Part shown: in pieces, positions 13,236 through 25,491 of the stretch
How positions within the stretch are numbered: position 1 is the stretch's first letter
Layout: each line of letters opens with the position of its first letter
Source of the DNA: Octopus sinensis
Lineage: Eukaryota
Assembly: GCF_006345805.1 (NCBI RefSeq)
Contig: NC_043010.1
Coordinates: 21,204,001 to 21,268,000 of the forward strand
Length of the DNA stretch: 64,000 nt
Reading direction: 5' to 3'
Program-made: the position numbers and the translations under genes
The notes under the pieces: model-generated
Seen by the model: the letters and a program-made list of their open reading frames with translations, nothing else
Database searches by the model: none
Told to the model about the DNA's origin: nothing

Positions 13236-13629
13236 TTGTTAAACTGTCGTATGTCAAAATTTAGCCTGATGCGTTTTTTTAATATTTATTTTTGCTTGCA
13301 AAAGCGGGTTCTTTTGGTCAAACTATCCTATCTCCAGCTGCTTCAGATACCAAGATATCAAACATTGTCAAAGTGTAGTACAACGGTTTTGCTATGGAAT
13401 GGTGAAACTATTTTTTTTCTCATTTTTCTGAAAAAACAACGTTTTGGACTTACAACATTTTTGCATAATAGCAACGATATGGTTTGTTTCAAAGATATAT
13501 TTAAATCTATCTACTTTTCGCACTCTATAATAATATATATAGACATATAAATGTGTACATATAATACATAAATAAAATATAGATGTGCATACGACAAAAC
13601 CTTTTTTTAAAGGAACTTCTTCTATATTG

Positions 13630-13985
13630 ATACATATGACAACAGGACATAAAAAAAATTGAAGAAAGTGAGAAACGAGGACATAGAAAACAAAAACATG
13701 GAAAAATAACTTTTTTTCGAACAACGAAAGAAAGAAATAGTGAAACGAGACAGGCAACATAAAGAACACTCCCTTTATCAGTTGTCCTCTGTTTTATCTA
13801 CTCCGCATTTCGAAAACAGGGGACAACTGATGAAGCGAATGTTCTTTATGTTCCCTGTCTCGTTTCTCTATTTGTTTCTTTAGTTGTCCGAAAAAAAGTT
13901 CGTTTTCTATGGTTTTGTTTTTTATGTTCTCGTTTCTCATTTTGTTCACGTTGTTTTTGACGAGCTGTGTCCACATATTCATGTA
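13630..13985. repeat. Imperfect fold-back: arms of about 150 bp with a spacer of about 17 bp
   Basis: gaaacgagacaggcaacataaagaacactccctttatcagttgtcctctgtttt (to 13795) versus aaaacaggggacaactgatgaagcgaatgttctttatgttccctgtctcgtttc (from 13813). Confidence 0.85.
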
Positions 13986-13993
13986 TATGTAAG

Positions 13994-14064
<71 letters not shown>

Positions 14065-14134
14065 TATTATTCATATCATTATATGATCGACCGCCACGCA
14101 TCCATTTCTAATTATATGTATACATATATATCAC

Positions 14135-14166
<32 letters not shown>

Positions 14167-14172
14167 TATATA

Positions 14173-14211
<39 letters not shown>

Positions 14212-14303
14212 TATATCTTAGCCGCTTCTCGTATACGAGCAAAGTCAAAGCTAGAAAGAATCACTGAAATGAGTCATTGTTGATCCAATTGTGAGGCCCC
14301 TGT

Positions 14304-14518
14304 AAGGTGGCAAACTGGCAGAAACTTTAGCACGCTAAACAAAATATTTAGCGGTATTTTGTCTGTCCTTATGTTCTGAGTTCAAATTCCACCGAGGTCA
14401 ACTTTGCCGTTCATCCTTTCGAGTCGACAAATTAAGTACCAGTTGCGTACTGGAGTCGATCTAATCGACTGGCCGCCTCGCCCAAAATTTTTAGCCTTGT
14501 ACCTAGAGTAGAAAAGAA
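14304..14518 (+). mobile_element. SINE family A (tail A2)
   Basis: Head, B box gagttcaaattcc and tail cctagagtagaaaagaat. Confidence 0.85.
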
Positions 14519-14891
14519 TGTGAGGCCCGTGTATGACTCTTGAACTCGGTGAAAGTCATGCGTATTCCCTTACATAATGCATAGCCGTGCTGGCTGGCAG
14601 AAGGATGCACTGTTAGAAGCACGTCCACATCAAATAGGATAAGCGTATTTAAATTTGGCATATTTATATTTGGCATATTTGGCAGTGTTCGGCTAATATG
14701 AAGAATGCCATTTGGTATTAATACAATTTCCGCGCAAATATTCACGTTCAAATAATTTAAGCAGCTGTATACGTCGTTGTCAGTAAGATTTCCCTGGTAT
14801 GGAGGGACCGGGAACCTGCCATTGAGGATGCGCATTACATAGAAATTACTAGCAGATCGTGCGCCCTTACCCGATGATATTTGTCTGCTAA

Positions 14892-14951
<60 letters not shown>

Positions 14952-15160
14952 ATAGAAATATGTTACAAAAAGAAAATAGAAAGTACACGTTGAAATGTAA
15001 GAGGAAAGTAAGAAGAAAAAAATCGAAAACGCCCATTGGAAAATCAAAAAAAAAAAAAAACTAAAGGATTTTTATGAAAAGTAATGATAGATATAAACAA
15101 TTAGATGAACTGAAGTAGGAATAAAAGAAATAAAAGTCTTTATTGTGAATTGTTACAGAG

Positions 15161-15209
15161 ATTCAAAGGCATACGGGTTTCGTAAAATTACTGTTCACTG
15201 GCTTTCAAT
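15161..15209 (-). ncRNA. Minimal type-I hammerhead ribozyme, G3-C8 core variant
   Basis: Minus strand: stem I AUUGAAAGCCA/UGCCUUUGAAU (2 mismatches), core GUGAACA, stem II GUAA-UU-UUAC, GAAA, ACCCGU, cleavage triplet GUA. Confidence 0.65.
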
Positions 15210-15360
15210 CTTTTTAACAATTCACAATAATGACTTATATTACTTTTTTCCCTACCTGAGTTCATCTAATTGTATATATCTATCGTTACTTTTCATAAAA
15301 AGAGTTTACTTTTTTGATTTCCAATGTGCAATCTCGTTTTTTTCTTCTTACTTCTCCCCT
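15161..15360 (+). repeat. PLE pseudo-LTR-like repeat, homologous to 53159-53360
   Basis: aataatgactt...cctacct(g/c)agttcatctaattgtatatatct...gttacttt(t/a)cataaaaag...aatgtgca is shared in the same orientation. Confidence 0.8.
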
Positions 15361-15386
15361 ATATATATATATATATATATATATAG

Positions 15387-15422
<36 letters not shown>

Positions 15423-15567
15423 CATCCGTCAGTCTGTCTGTTTTCCTATTAGTCTATCCTCTCTCTCTCTCTCTCTCTTTCTCTCCCTATATATATTGTT
15501 TTTGTTTGTTTGTTTTTGTTTTTCCAGTTTCAGCTCTTGAGCTGTGGCCATGCTGGGGCACCGCCAT

Positions 15568-15729
15568 TGTGGTGAAAGAGTACAGCAGGGATCACCACCC
15601 CCTGCCGGAGCCTCGTAGGTGTTTTAGGTGTTTTCGCTCAATAAACACACACAACGCCCAGTCTGAGAATCGAAACCGCGATCCTGCGACCGCGAGTCCG
15701 CTGCCCTAACCACTAGGCCATTGCGCCTC
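15568..15729 (-). mobile_element. Family C SINE, 5' part
   Basis: Reverse complement of the 7865 head and body. Confidence 0.8.
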
Positions 15730-16537
15730 TATGTAAACAGTAAAAAATAAATACAGACATGGACAAGAACATGAAACACCAAAGAGACGACACAAGAGCC
15801 ACAGGACGGGACATTCGAAGCCCTCAGTCATCAGTCAAGAACCAGATCATCTTCGCAATTTCGGCTGATTAATCTTGAGATTGCTCCGATCTGGGCAGCC
15901 CCCAAAGGAAAATCTAAGCCAAGCGCATTAGATCCCTTGGAAGAAAGCTTCGAATGTATACAACACGAGGACGGAAAACGAACGAAGTACACGAACAAAA
16001 ATACAGAATACGTGACACCAATAAGAATACAAAAACGTAAAAACAATAACGGTAAAGATAAAAAACAAAACAAAACAAAACCAGGACGTAGGACAAGAGT
16101 CTTTCGACAGGACGAGTTGAGTTGGGGCTGGCTTATGAAGTAGTGCCTAATGGCCGCAGGGAGACGAACAAATACGTGTTGCTTCGACGACTGCTGGAAC
16201 GAAAAGGGCGCCCATATATATACATATATATATATATATAAGATATATACTTATATACGTATATACATACACATACATACACTCAAACACACACACACAC
16301 TCACTATCACACACACACATATAGTTAGCTATGTGATCTTAGCACCGTGCGTCTTCATGAGACGGCGCTAAAAGTCATAGAATACGATACCAAGACTGCT
16401 ATTTTGTATTAATACTTCCGTCTCCAATATACATATACTTACATACATACATAGATAAATATATACATGCATACATATATGCACACATACATATACACAT
16501 ACATACATACATATATACAAATATACATACATGTAAA

Positions 16538-16599
<62 letters not shown>

Positions 16600-17013
16600 C
16601 AGCTTGATTCAAATTCGTTGGTAGTCTTGAGTTTAAGCGCGATGATAATCGTCAGCAATTTTGAATTTGAATGACAAAAGTTAATTGCTATTAACGTAAA
16701 GTTGGCTGCGATTGGTCGAGGGAGGTTACGCGGTGTCGTGGTTTGATATTAGTATATGGGTAACAGTTAGTTGGAAAACACTGCATGGCGAAGCGGAAAT
16801 TGACCACGTGGAGGGTAGGAAATAGACATGAAATCGGTCAGGTTTTTGGTGGGAGGAATTAGGAAGGAGCAGCACGTGGAAGTTTATAATTCTATATGTG
16901 CGTGTGTAGACGCGCTCATATAGTGTTGCGGGCATGTGTATATCGCTTAGAGTTACCTGTAACTCCCAATAAATTGGTTGAGTGCCCTTCTTTCGTTTCT
17001 CCACTAACTCCTA

Positions 17014-17063
<50 letters not shown>

Positions 17064-17233
17064 CATGCTCACATACAAATTGTGATATATTATACCCAAT
17101 GGAGTAGGTGTATAACGTGGACTTCCGAATTGCAGCTAAAATATTAAACAGTCCCAGCTTAAGATAAATTTGAGTTAGAAATATTGCATTAGATATACCT
17201 ATACAGTTAGATATAAATATATAAATAGATATT

Positions 17234-17269
<36 letters not shown>

Positions 17270-17598
17270 AGAGAGTGAGGAGAGAAAGGGTAGAGAAAGA
17301 GAGGTATATATATATATAGATTTAAAATGGTTCGATATATAGAACCATTTTATATATAAGTATACATATATTCATGTACATACAAACAGATAAACACACA
17401 CACTCAGACACACGCACTCACACATACACACACACATATAAACAAACATGCACACGCACGCGCACAAACATACACATCACAAAAATTACATTGAGAGATG
17501 GCGCGAGGAGAGGAGAGAGAGTGAATGTGGAAAGCAGAATATATAAATCAAATGACGAGCTAGCGCCACCTATATAAAATGCTTCACATACATATATG

Positions 17599-17691
<93 letters not shown>

Positions 17692-17725
17692 ACATATATA
17701 TATAACATATATATATATGCATATA

Positions 17726-17769
<44 letters not shown>

Positions 17770-19247
17770 TATATATATATATATATATATTAGCCAATGC
17801 AACCTCTCATGTATTTCAAGTAAATTCCTTTTAACAATTGTCACGTGATAACATCGATTCTTTCCACTTAAAACTATATTTAGTTTCAATAAAATACACT
17901 ATTTTTTAGGTCATATGATAATAAGGAATTGGCACGCGTGTCGCATGGAATTGCATACAGTTGAACGGAATAATCGAATATTTCGTTATAAAATTTCCTT
18001 TTTTTCCCCCTTTTATGTATGTGTTATTAGGAACTTAATGCTTTTATTTAAACCTAGAATCGAGTTTTATTCTTTGTGGCGTTCGATTTGTATAGGAAAG
18101 AAAATATAAAAACGGCCAACAATTTCCATTTCCCTACTTTGGTTTATACATCTATTCAATGCTACATTGCCTCATTGGCCTGGTGGTGTAGGCCTTAAAT
18201 GTTTCGTCTTTTCATTAAAACAAATCTATTTATGGATATCGTTTACTTGGAAAATAGACTTGTAAATTTTGCTATTGTTCCACCCAAAGAACTCTGAGAC
18301 CCAGCAGATATATGATGTCAGGAGTTCCAGCAGTGACAATGCTGAGTCTTTTCTATGTGATCTGCTTCCAAGATCACATTTTCCAATATGTTGTGTTCTT
18401 GTTCCTTTAAAATGGTAGCGTCTAAGTTCAAAGGGATATGGGTGCTATTTCTAGCCGTCAAAAATGCTGTTGTAACGAGGCCCCCACTGAGTTTGAACAA
18501 TTGTTTTTAGGTTTTATAGCTCAGGACAACGGCCAAAAATAATACAATAAAAACAAAATCAGTTTTGGGATGACAAATAACATTAACGTTTACATGAAAG
18601 TAACTCAGTCAATCAGATCTTGTCAACAAAATATGTGGCCAAATTTTCTTGAAATTTTGCGGAGTGTTGTAAAAACTGAGATTTCAAGTTCCCAAACAGA
18701 ATAACCTCAGGTGTTACACAGAACTTTGCTATTTTTGTGATAAGGACCTCTAATTTTGTCATGATTTGTTCGACTAAAGGCAGTGCTCCAGCACGGCCGC
18801 AGTCAAATGACTGAAACAAATAAAAGAGCAAGAGAATAAAAGAGTCATTGGATTTCTTCTGATTTCGCGGAACAGATGATACTTTTATGAATATTGGTCT
18901 GGGAAACCCGTCAGTTTGACTGTCACTGCAATCGTGAACGGGACCTGCGACCATAAAAGCGAAACTAGCAATCGAAAGACATTCCTCGACTCGCATTAAG
19001 ATTTCAAATATAAATGACATGAAGGGAAAACCAATACAATCCAAAAAATGACCACCCAGACGCTGTAAACCCAAGCGTCAAATCACGCTGAATTTTCTGT
19101 TCGATAAGAGAGTGACCATGCTGGAGTATCTGAAACTATATAAATTATTGAGCATAGTTAGTACCACTCTTGTATTTGTGAAATTTCATTTCAACAATAT
19201 GTGGACACATACGTACTCACAGAGATGAGTACGCACGTGTATATATG

Positions 19248-19279
<32 letters not shown>

Positions 19280-19678
19280 GTATGTGTTTGTGTGTGTGTG
19301 TGTCTGTGTGTTTGGTTTCTATTGAAATGAAACCTGTATGTTGTTTACAGCAAAACAAGGTCTTGTAATATTTACTTTGCAATTATGAAATAGAAGTACA
19401 TTTTATCAATTCGCTGCTGGGAATAGTCTAGTTGTCATAATTAAAATTTGATCTCATAAACCCAAATCTGAAAATGCACTTCCAGAAAACCTTAACGTTG
19501 TGTGTATGATTAATAGTCTTTCCGGCAGATAGAGCAATTACTATTTGCTTAAAGAAGCGTGAAAATAACAGAAAAATTCTTCCATCGATTAATTTAATGG
19601 AATGGTAACGGGGTCGATTGGAAGGGTGGTATCTCACAGAGCGAAGATCAGTTCTGTACCATTGCACTTACAGTAACA

Positions 19679-20074
19679 CTTTTACTTGTATCAATCATTT
19701 GACTGCGGCCATGCTGGAGCACCGGATTTTGTCGAGCAAATCAACCCCAGGACTTATTCTTTTTAAGCCTAGTACTTATTCTATCAGTCTCTTTTGTCGA
19801 ACCGCTAAGTTACGGGGACGTAAACACACCACCATCGGTTGTCAAGTGATTGTGGGGGGACAAACACAGACACAAACATATACACACACATACATATATC
19901 TATACATACATTTATACGACGGGCTTCTTTAAGTTTCCATCTACCAAATCCACTCACAAGGCTTTGGTCGGCCCAAGGATATAGTTGAAGGCACTTGCCC
20001 AAGGTGCAACACAGTGGGACTGAACCCGGAACCATCTGATTGGTAAGCAAGCTACTTACCACACAGCCACTCCT
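19679..20074 (-). mobile_element. Family B SINE, full length
   Basis: Matches 9152-9555 and 41596-42056. Confidence 0.85.
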
Positions 20075-20157
20075 GTTCAACTTAAAATAAGTTTGTGGCT
20101 AATTTTGCTTCTCGCATTGTAAACCATCGAAGCTATTCACTCCCCTAAACCAGAAGC

Positions 20158-20251
20158 TATTATTATTATTATTATTATATTATTATATTATTATTATTAT
20201 TATTATTATTATTTAATTATAATTAAATAATAATAATAATAATATATAATA

Positions 20252-20298
<47 letters not shown>

Positions 20299-20371
20299 CA
20301 TTATTATTATTATTATTATAATAATAATATAATTATTATGTATTATTATATTATTATTATTATATATTATA

Positions 20372-20402
<31 letters not shown>

Positions 20403-20490
20403 GTATTATGATTATCATTATCATTATCATTATCATATTATTATATATTATTATTATTATATTATTATTATTATTATTATTATTATATTA
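20158..20490. repeat. (TTA)n/(TCA)n microsatellite array
   Basis: Direct reading. Confidence 0.95.
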
Positions 20491-20491
20491 T

Positions 20492-21627
20492 ATCTCACAG
20501 TTTATTTTGCTGGATATGATGGAAGTGTCAGCAGTCCAAAGCCAGCAGACTAAGGTGACACTTGTTTACTGGTCATGCTTCAAGAACCCTGAGAAGAATA
20601 CTTGCAGTTCCAAGCAATGCTGATTTTTGTAGATGTTCTACCTTCACACTTGCACCAATCTTTTTCAGCCATGCTGGTAGTTGAGTGCTGATACTTCCAA
20701 GTGCACCAATTACTATTGGCATCACGTCTACTACTCTCTTCATTGACCACAACCATCGTATTTCCCACTTTAAATCGTCATAGTTGCTTATTTTTTCTTC
20801 TTCTTTCCCATCGACCCTGTTGTCACCAGAACATGCTATGTTGATTATCATACATGTTCTCTCTTTTTCATTCACCACAACAATGTCCGGTTTCCCATTT
20901 CTTGTCGGCTGATCGCACTGAATCATTGCATCCCACAGGATTTTGCAATTCTCAATTTTGGTGACTCCTGTAGTTTTCTCATACCACGTCTTTGCTCTTT
21001 CTAGGCTGTAGTTTCCACAGAGCTCCCAATGAATCATTCTTGCCGCATTGTCATGGCGTCTTTTGTATTCGCGTTGTGCCAATTTCGGACATTCGCTAAC
21101 GATGTGCCACACCGTTTCATTCCTCTCGCCACACATTTTGCATTTGTCAGTATCAGTAGTGTTGTCTATTCAGCACAACATACAGTTGGTCTTTAACGCT
21201 TGTTCCTGAGCTGCGCATATAAGTGCTTCTGTCTCTATCTTCAGGTCACTCCTCCTCATCCATAGCCACCGGTCCTCAGTATTTGTCTTGATGTTCACAT
21301 CTCTTGCAAACTGATCATACATTTTCTTTTCCTTCCATGCTTTTTAAATATTTCTTTAGTTACACAATGTTCTGTGTTTCTGACGCCGGCCTTCTTTCGT
21401 GTGTTTCAACAGTGGCTCCACGGCATTTTTAATATACCACCTTAAACTGTTTTCCTCTGCTTCGATACACTTCTGACAACTGATCAAACCCCTGCAACCC
21501 TTTCTTCTGGACAAGTACCGCCTATCGGTGTCACTGTTAGGGTAAGAAGGCTCCGTGTACTGTCAACATTTTTCTGGTCTTGATATCAATTCTCTCTTTT
21601 GCCATTTTATGATTCTCACTCCTATAC
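20492..21627 (-). mobile_element. 5'-truncated R4/Dong-type non-LTR retrotransposon (RT thumb, CCHC knuckle, restriction-like endonuclease)
   Basis: ORF 20573-21136: CKMCGERNETVWHIVSEC, KPDIVVV, KISNY, LQKSALLGTA; upstream frameshifted ...PNSDTDRRYLSRRKG.RGL; (TAA)n or (CAA)n on both sides. Confidence 0.9.
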
Positions 21628-21675
21628 TTGTTGTTGTTGTTGTTGTTATTGTTGTTATTGTTGTTGTTGTTGTTG

Positions 21676-21717
<42 letters not shown>

Positions 21718-21763
21718 TATTATTATTATTATTATCATTATTATTATTATTATTATTATTATT

Positions 21764-22334
21764 GAGTGAGAGAGCAGTTCATGCCATCAAAGTGACACTG
21801 GGGTAAAATATACGAAGCCCAATATACCCATCATGACTACCCGTCTGATAAAGGTACACCAGGCACATGCATCACAACCATATGTGCGCGACATGGTGAT
21901 CTCATATCAAGATAACAGCACATGACCTTGCAGGTGGGGCCCAGTTAGAATTTTCTTCAGGTTGAGTAGCCCATCCCGCTCAAACGGTCCTGAATAAGGG
22001 TTGTTTAAGGATGTTGAAAGGACCACCCATGTTTCCAGAGGTGAACTATTCAAACCCCAAAGAATCCTCTCAACACATGGCTATGATGCTCCCCCACTAC
22101 TTCTGCTCGTGATCATAGATGCACATATCGTCAGCCTCTAAGGGACATGCTCAACTGGTTAAGGTCAAACAACTGACAAGCAAATCTGTGGTATTGAGCA
22201 GAATATTTGCTGTAGCCCATCTTTTATACCAAGACAAAACAATGTACATGATAACACTTCCAATCAGTTAAGATCAGAAGCCATGAGAGCCACTGCCTGG
22301 TACTGCATTAGGGCATACGGTACTGCATCAGGGC

Positions 22335-22337
<3 letters not shown>
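21764..22337 (-). mobile_element. Non-coding interspersed element of about 570 bp inserted in (TTA)n; partial second copy at 22700-22866
   Basis: (TTA)n on both flanks; ttcaaaccccaaagaatcc...ggtcaaacaactgacaagcaaatc recurs at 22712-22866; strand is inferred. Confidence 0.65.
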
Positions 22338-22400
<63 letters not shown>

Positions 22401-23064
22401 AGCTATTATATGCTATATTAGTTAGCACGGACGAGGTTTGATGGCAACAAGTTTTTGGAAATCTCAATAATTTTTCTAAGGATTCTTGCAGAATATAAGA
22501 TGTCACTTTTCCGCAATTCAACAGTATGAATCAGTTCTAATAGCTTTTAATTTCTTAGCAGTTTGGGTGTTGTGCTAATTGCACTAATTACCACAGGAAT
22601 AATTACACTGTGTAACACGATTTTAGTTCTTGAGCAGCAACTGTTATTTCCATGTTGCTTACCCCTAGAAAATATGAAAAATGGGTAATAATCCCCCCCA
22701 AGCTTTGCTTTTGTTACACTTATTCAAACCCCAAAGAATCCCTTTCAACACATAGCTATGATGATCCTCCCCCACTATTCCTGCTCACGATCAGAGATGC
22801 ACATATTGTGAGCCACTAAGAGACATGCTCAAGTGGTTTAAGGTCAAACAACTGACAAGCAAATCATGTGATGTTTGCTCTAACGATATTTCTCCTTCAG
22901 CAACTCAGCGCTGAATCTGTCTGAAATGCAACGGAAAACAGGTTAGTTTCAAAAAACAAAAGCAAAGAATGAAGGGAATAATAGTTATTCCCTTTGATTT
23001 CTAGACTGAAGGACAAAGCAATTAACACTTACTGACCAAAACCCAAAAACAAAACAAGTGCTCC

Positions 23065-23366
23065 ATCATGTTATTGTCGTTTTGTCCTCATCTCTTCCTC
23101 TCTCTGGCTACATCCTGATATTTTTCAGTTTTTACAATTTCTTTGCTATCGGCTCTGTTATCATTTAGAGTCACTAAGTCTATGATCGTACACGATTTGT
23201 TTATATTGCTCTCTATAATCTTGTCCTGTTGCGCCAGTGTTTATGGACAGTCGTTATGGGGAAGTCTCATAAAATCTTGTAATTCTTATTCTCCTTCGCA
23301 ACCTGTGCTTTGTGTTCATGACACTCTTCTTTTACTATGAATTTGTACGCTGGCTAACATCCCAAT
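23065..23366 (-). mobile_element. Highly decayed R4/Dong endonuclease fragment
   Basis: Manual translation: HW...EHKAQVAKENKNYKIL*DF...KSCTIIDLV..NDN...KE..KTEKYQDVARE. Confidence 0.65.
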
Positions 23367-23395
23367 GTACTTATTATTAATATTATTATTATTAC

Positions 23396-23483
<88 letters not shown>

Positions 23484-24525
23484 GTTTTATTTCTCAGAAC
23501 TTTCGGTCTTGTTTGTTCTGGTAGATTCTGTGAGCGCGGACAGCATCCTGCTGTCAGAGGTCTCACAGGGTCTCTTTTCACACATTATAAGCTTTGATAT
23601 CTGGTTGTTAATTATCATGAGAGACATTCAACATCCAAGTACCAATCTCAAAATCCTAATTGTCCCCCAGCAGAGCAGTTTGTTTGGCCTTGCTCTGCTC
23701 TCATATCAATTCAGATTTCTCTGACACATTTCTCGAACTTGGTTGTTAATGCTCCGAGTGCCCCTACAACTACTGGAATGACAGACACTCTCCCGACACT
23801 CTCCTCATAGTCCGCATTCTTGCAATTTCGTCTTTTAGTCGTCTGAATTTTTCTCATCTTTTCTAGTTCTTTGCCACTTATGCGTGGATAACCAGTTCTT
23901 GAAATACCTATGATCTTGATTTCCTTTTTTCCCTATCTACCACAACAATATCCGGTCTCTGAGCATTGATTAGGGAGTCACATTGTATTGTAAAATCCCA
24001 CAGTATCTTATATTCCTTGTTCTCGTTGACCCTTTCTGGATCATGTTCGTACCATTTCCGTGTTCTGTTCAGGCCATGCTTTTCACATAACCTCCAGTGG
24101 ACGATCTTAGCCATGATATCGTGCCTCGTTTTGTAGTGCTTTTGGGCCATCTTGCGGCACTCACTCGCAATGTTTGAGATTGTTTTGTTTCTGCTGCCAC
24201 ACATCCTACAAAGGAGCGATTCACTACTCTTATCTATTTGGAATTTGGTGTAATTAGTTCTCAGAGCTTGTTCTTGGGCGCTGCATATCAACACCTCAGT
24301 GCATCTTTTGAGATCTCTTTTTCTTAGCCAACTCCAAGTATTCATCTTGTCTTTTCCTTCGATTTCTCTCAGGTATTGCCCATGCAGTGGTTTCATTTTC
24401 CAGTTGTTTACTCTTTCTTCTTCATCTTGTTTCTTAAATATTTGTGGATGCATCACATTTTCGGTAGTTATTGTATTGTTAATCCCAACAGCAGCAAGCA
24501 AGGATTCACTCTGCTGTTTGATGTA
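23484..24525 (-). mobile_element. 5'-truncated R4/Dong-type LINE
   Basis: KPLHGQY, AQEQALRTNY, CRMCGSRNKTISNIASEC, ILWDFTIQCD..RPDIVVVD; 3' end abuts the (TTA)n array at 23367-23483. Confidence 0.9.
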
Positions 24526-25020
24526 CCATCGTCCGTATCCATCGTGAAGATCGCTCCACCCCCTTTCTTTGGCGACTATGGCGAAAGAGGTTGTGTGGTT
24601 GACGCGATTGAATGGGTTGAAGCCGACTACCTTCCTCTCCGCCAAGGCCTCATTGACTTTTTCAGGTTCCACTCGAAAAGGAAAGTGAGGCTGGAGAGGG
24701 AGGTGCTGTCACTCAGTAAGTTGGTTGAAAGGTGAGTGAATGAGGTAAAAATGGCCCGTGTGAAAAGGCCTAAACTAGACGTGCGTCTGTAGGCCAGATG
24801 GAATGAGAATGGGGTGCTTACCTGAGGTGCCTTTGGTGTTAAGGGGTCCAAAGTGTGTGAGGTTTCTTAGGTCATCTCTAATTTATTGGGGAAGTATTGT
24901 GTAAGTTTAATCTCCTTCTTAATTGTGGGTTTTTTTGCTGTTTACACGTTAACCCCACTGTCCCTCGTCTGTGTATTATCCTATATGTTTTAAATTCGGC
25001 CCTGGTGGCCAATAAAGAAA
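24526..25020 (+). mobile_element. 3' end (ORF2 C-terminus and 3' UTR) of a Tx1/L1-type LINE
   Basis: Frameshifted ATMAKEVVWLTRLNGL...FLS..LIDFFRFHSKRKVRLEREVLS aligns with VAMATECIWWTRLKGL...FLS..INFFKYHLKRKVRVERQVLS at 50930-51070; ends ggccctggtggccaataaagaaa, then (TTA)n. Confidence 0.8.
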
Positions 25021-25104
25021 TTATTATTATTATTATTATTATTATAATTATTATTATTATCATGATGATGATGATGATGATCATCATCATCATCGTTGTT
25101 GTTG

Positions 25105-25163
<59 letters not shown>

Positions 25164-25189
25164 GTTATTATCATTACCATTATCATTAT

Positions 25190-25415
25190 TAAGCCGCCGA
25201 GAAAAATGCTTAGCGGCATTTCGTCTGTTTTTATGTTCTGAGTTTAAATTCCGCCGGAGGTTGAGTTTGTTTTTCATCCTTTCAGTGTAAATAAAACAAA
25301 TACCAGTTGAGTACTGTTATGTGGTGAAAACTCACAGCTAATTGTTGGGGATATGATGGAAAATGTCAGCAGACTAAGGTGACTCTTGTTTACTAGTCAT
25401 GCTTCGAGAACCTTG
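25190..25415. mobile_element. Partial family A SINE (+, 25190-25318) and a short R4/Dong 3' end (-, 25320-25415)
   Basis: gatatgatgga...cagcagactaaggtgac(t/a)cttgtttact(a/g)gtcatgcttc(g/a)agaacc matches 20514-20590. Confidence 0.7.
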
Positions 25416-25421
25416 GGCAGA

Positions 25422-25491
<70 letters not shown>

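Noticed and set aside
15811-15840. Hammerhead on the minus strand (CUGAUGA...GAAUGUC)
   Set aside because: GAAU instead of GAAA and no stem I pairing; only an 11-bp inverted repeat with 15947-15958 is real
16340-16370. GC-rich hairpin as a Helitron 3' end
   Set aside because: No CTRR terminus at the expected distance and no second copy in the window
17323-17352. Perfect 11-bp inverted repeat
   Set aside because: Isolated and within TA-rich DNA; no TSD or family evidence, so chance or a footprint cannot be distinguished
18613-19074. 153-aa ORF
   Set aside because: Runs through a SINE family B tail fragment (about 18765-18830); no recognisable domain
23908-24672. Single 254-aa CDS
   Set aside because: Chimeric: the first roughly 48 residues are the antisense reading of the Tx1 fragment and the rest is R4/Dong
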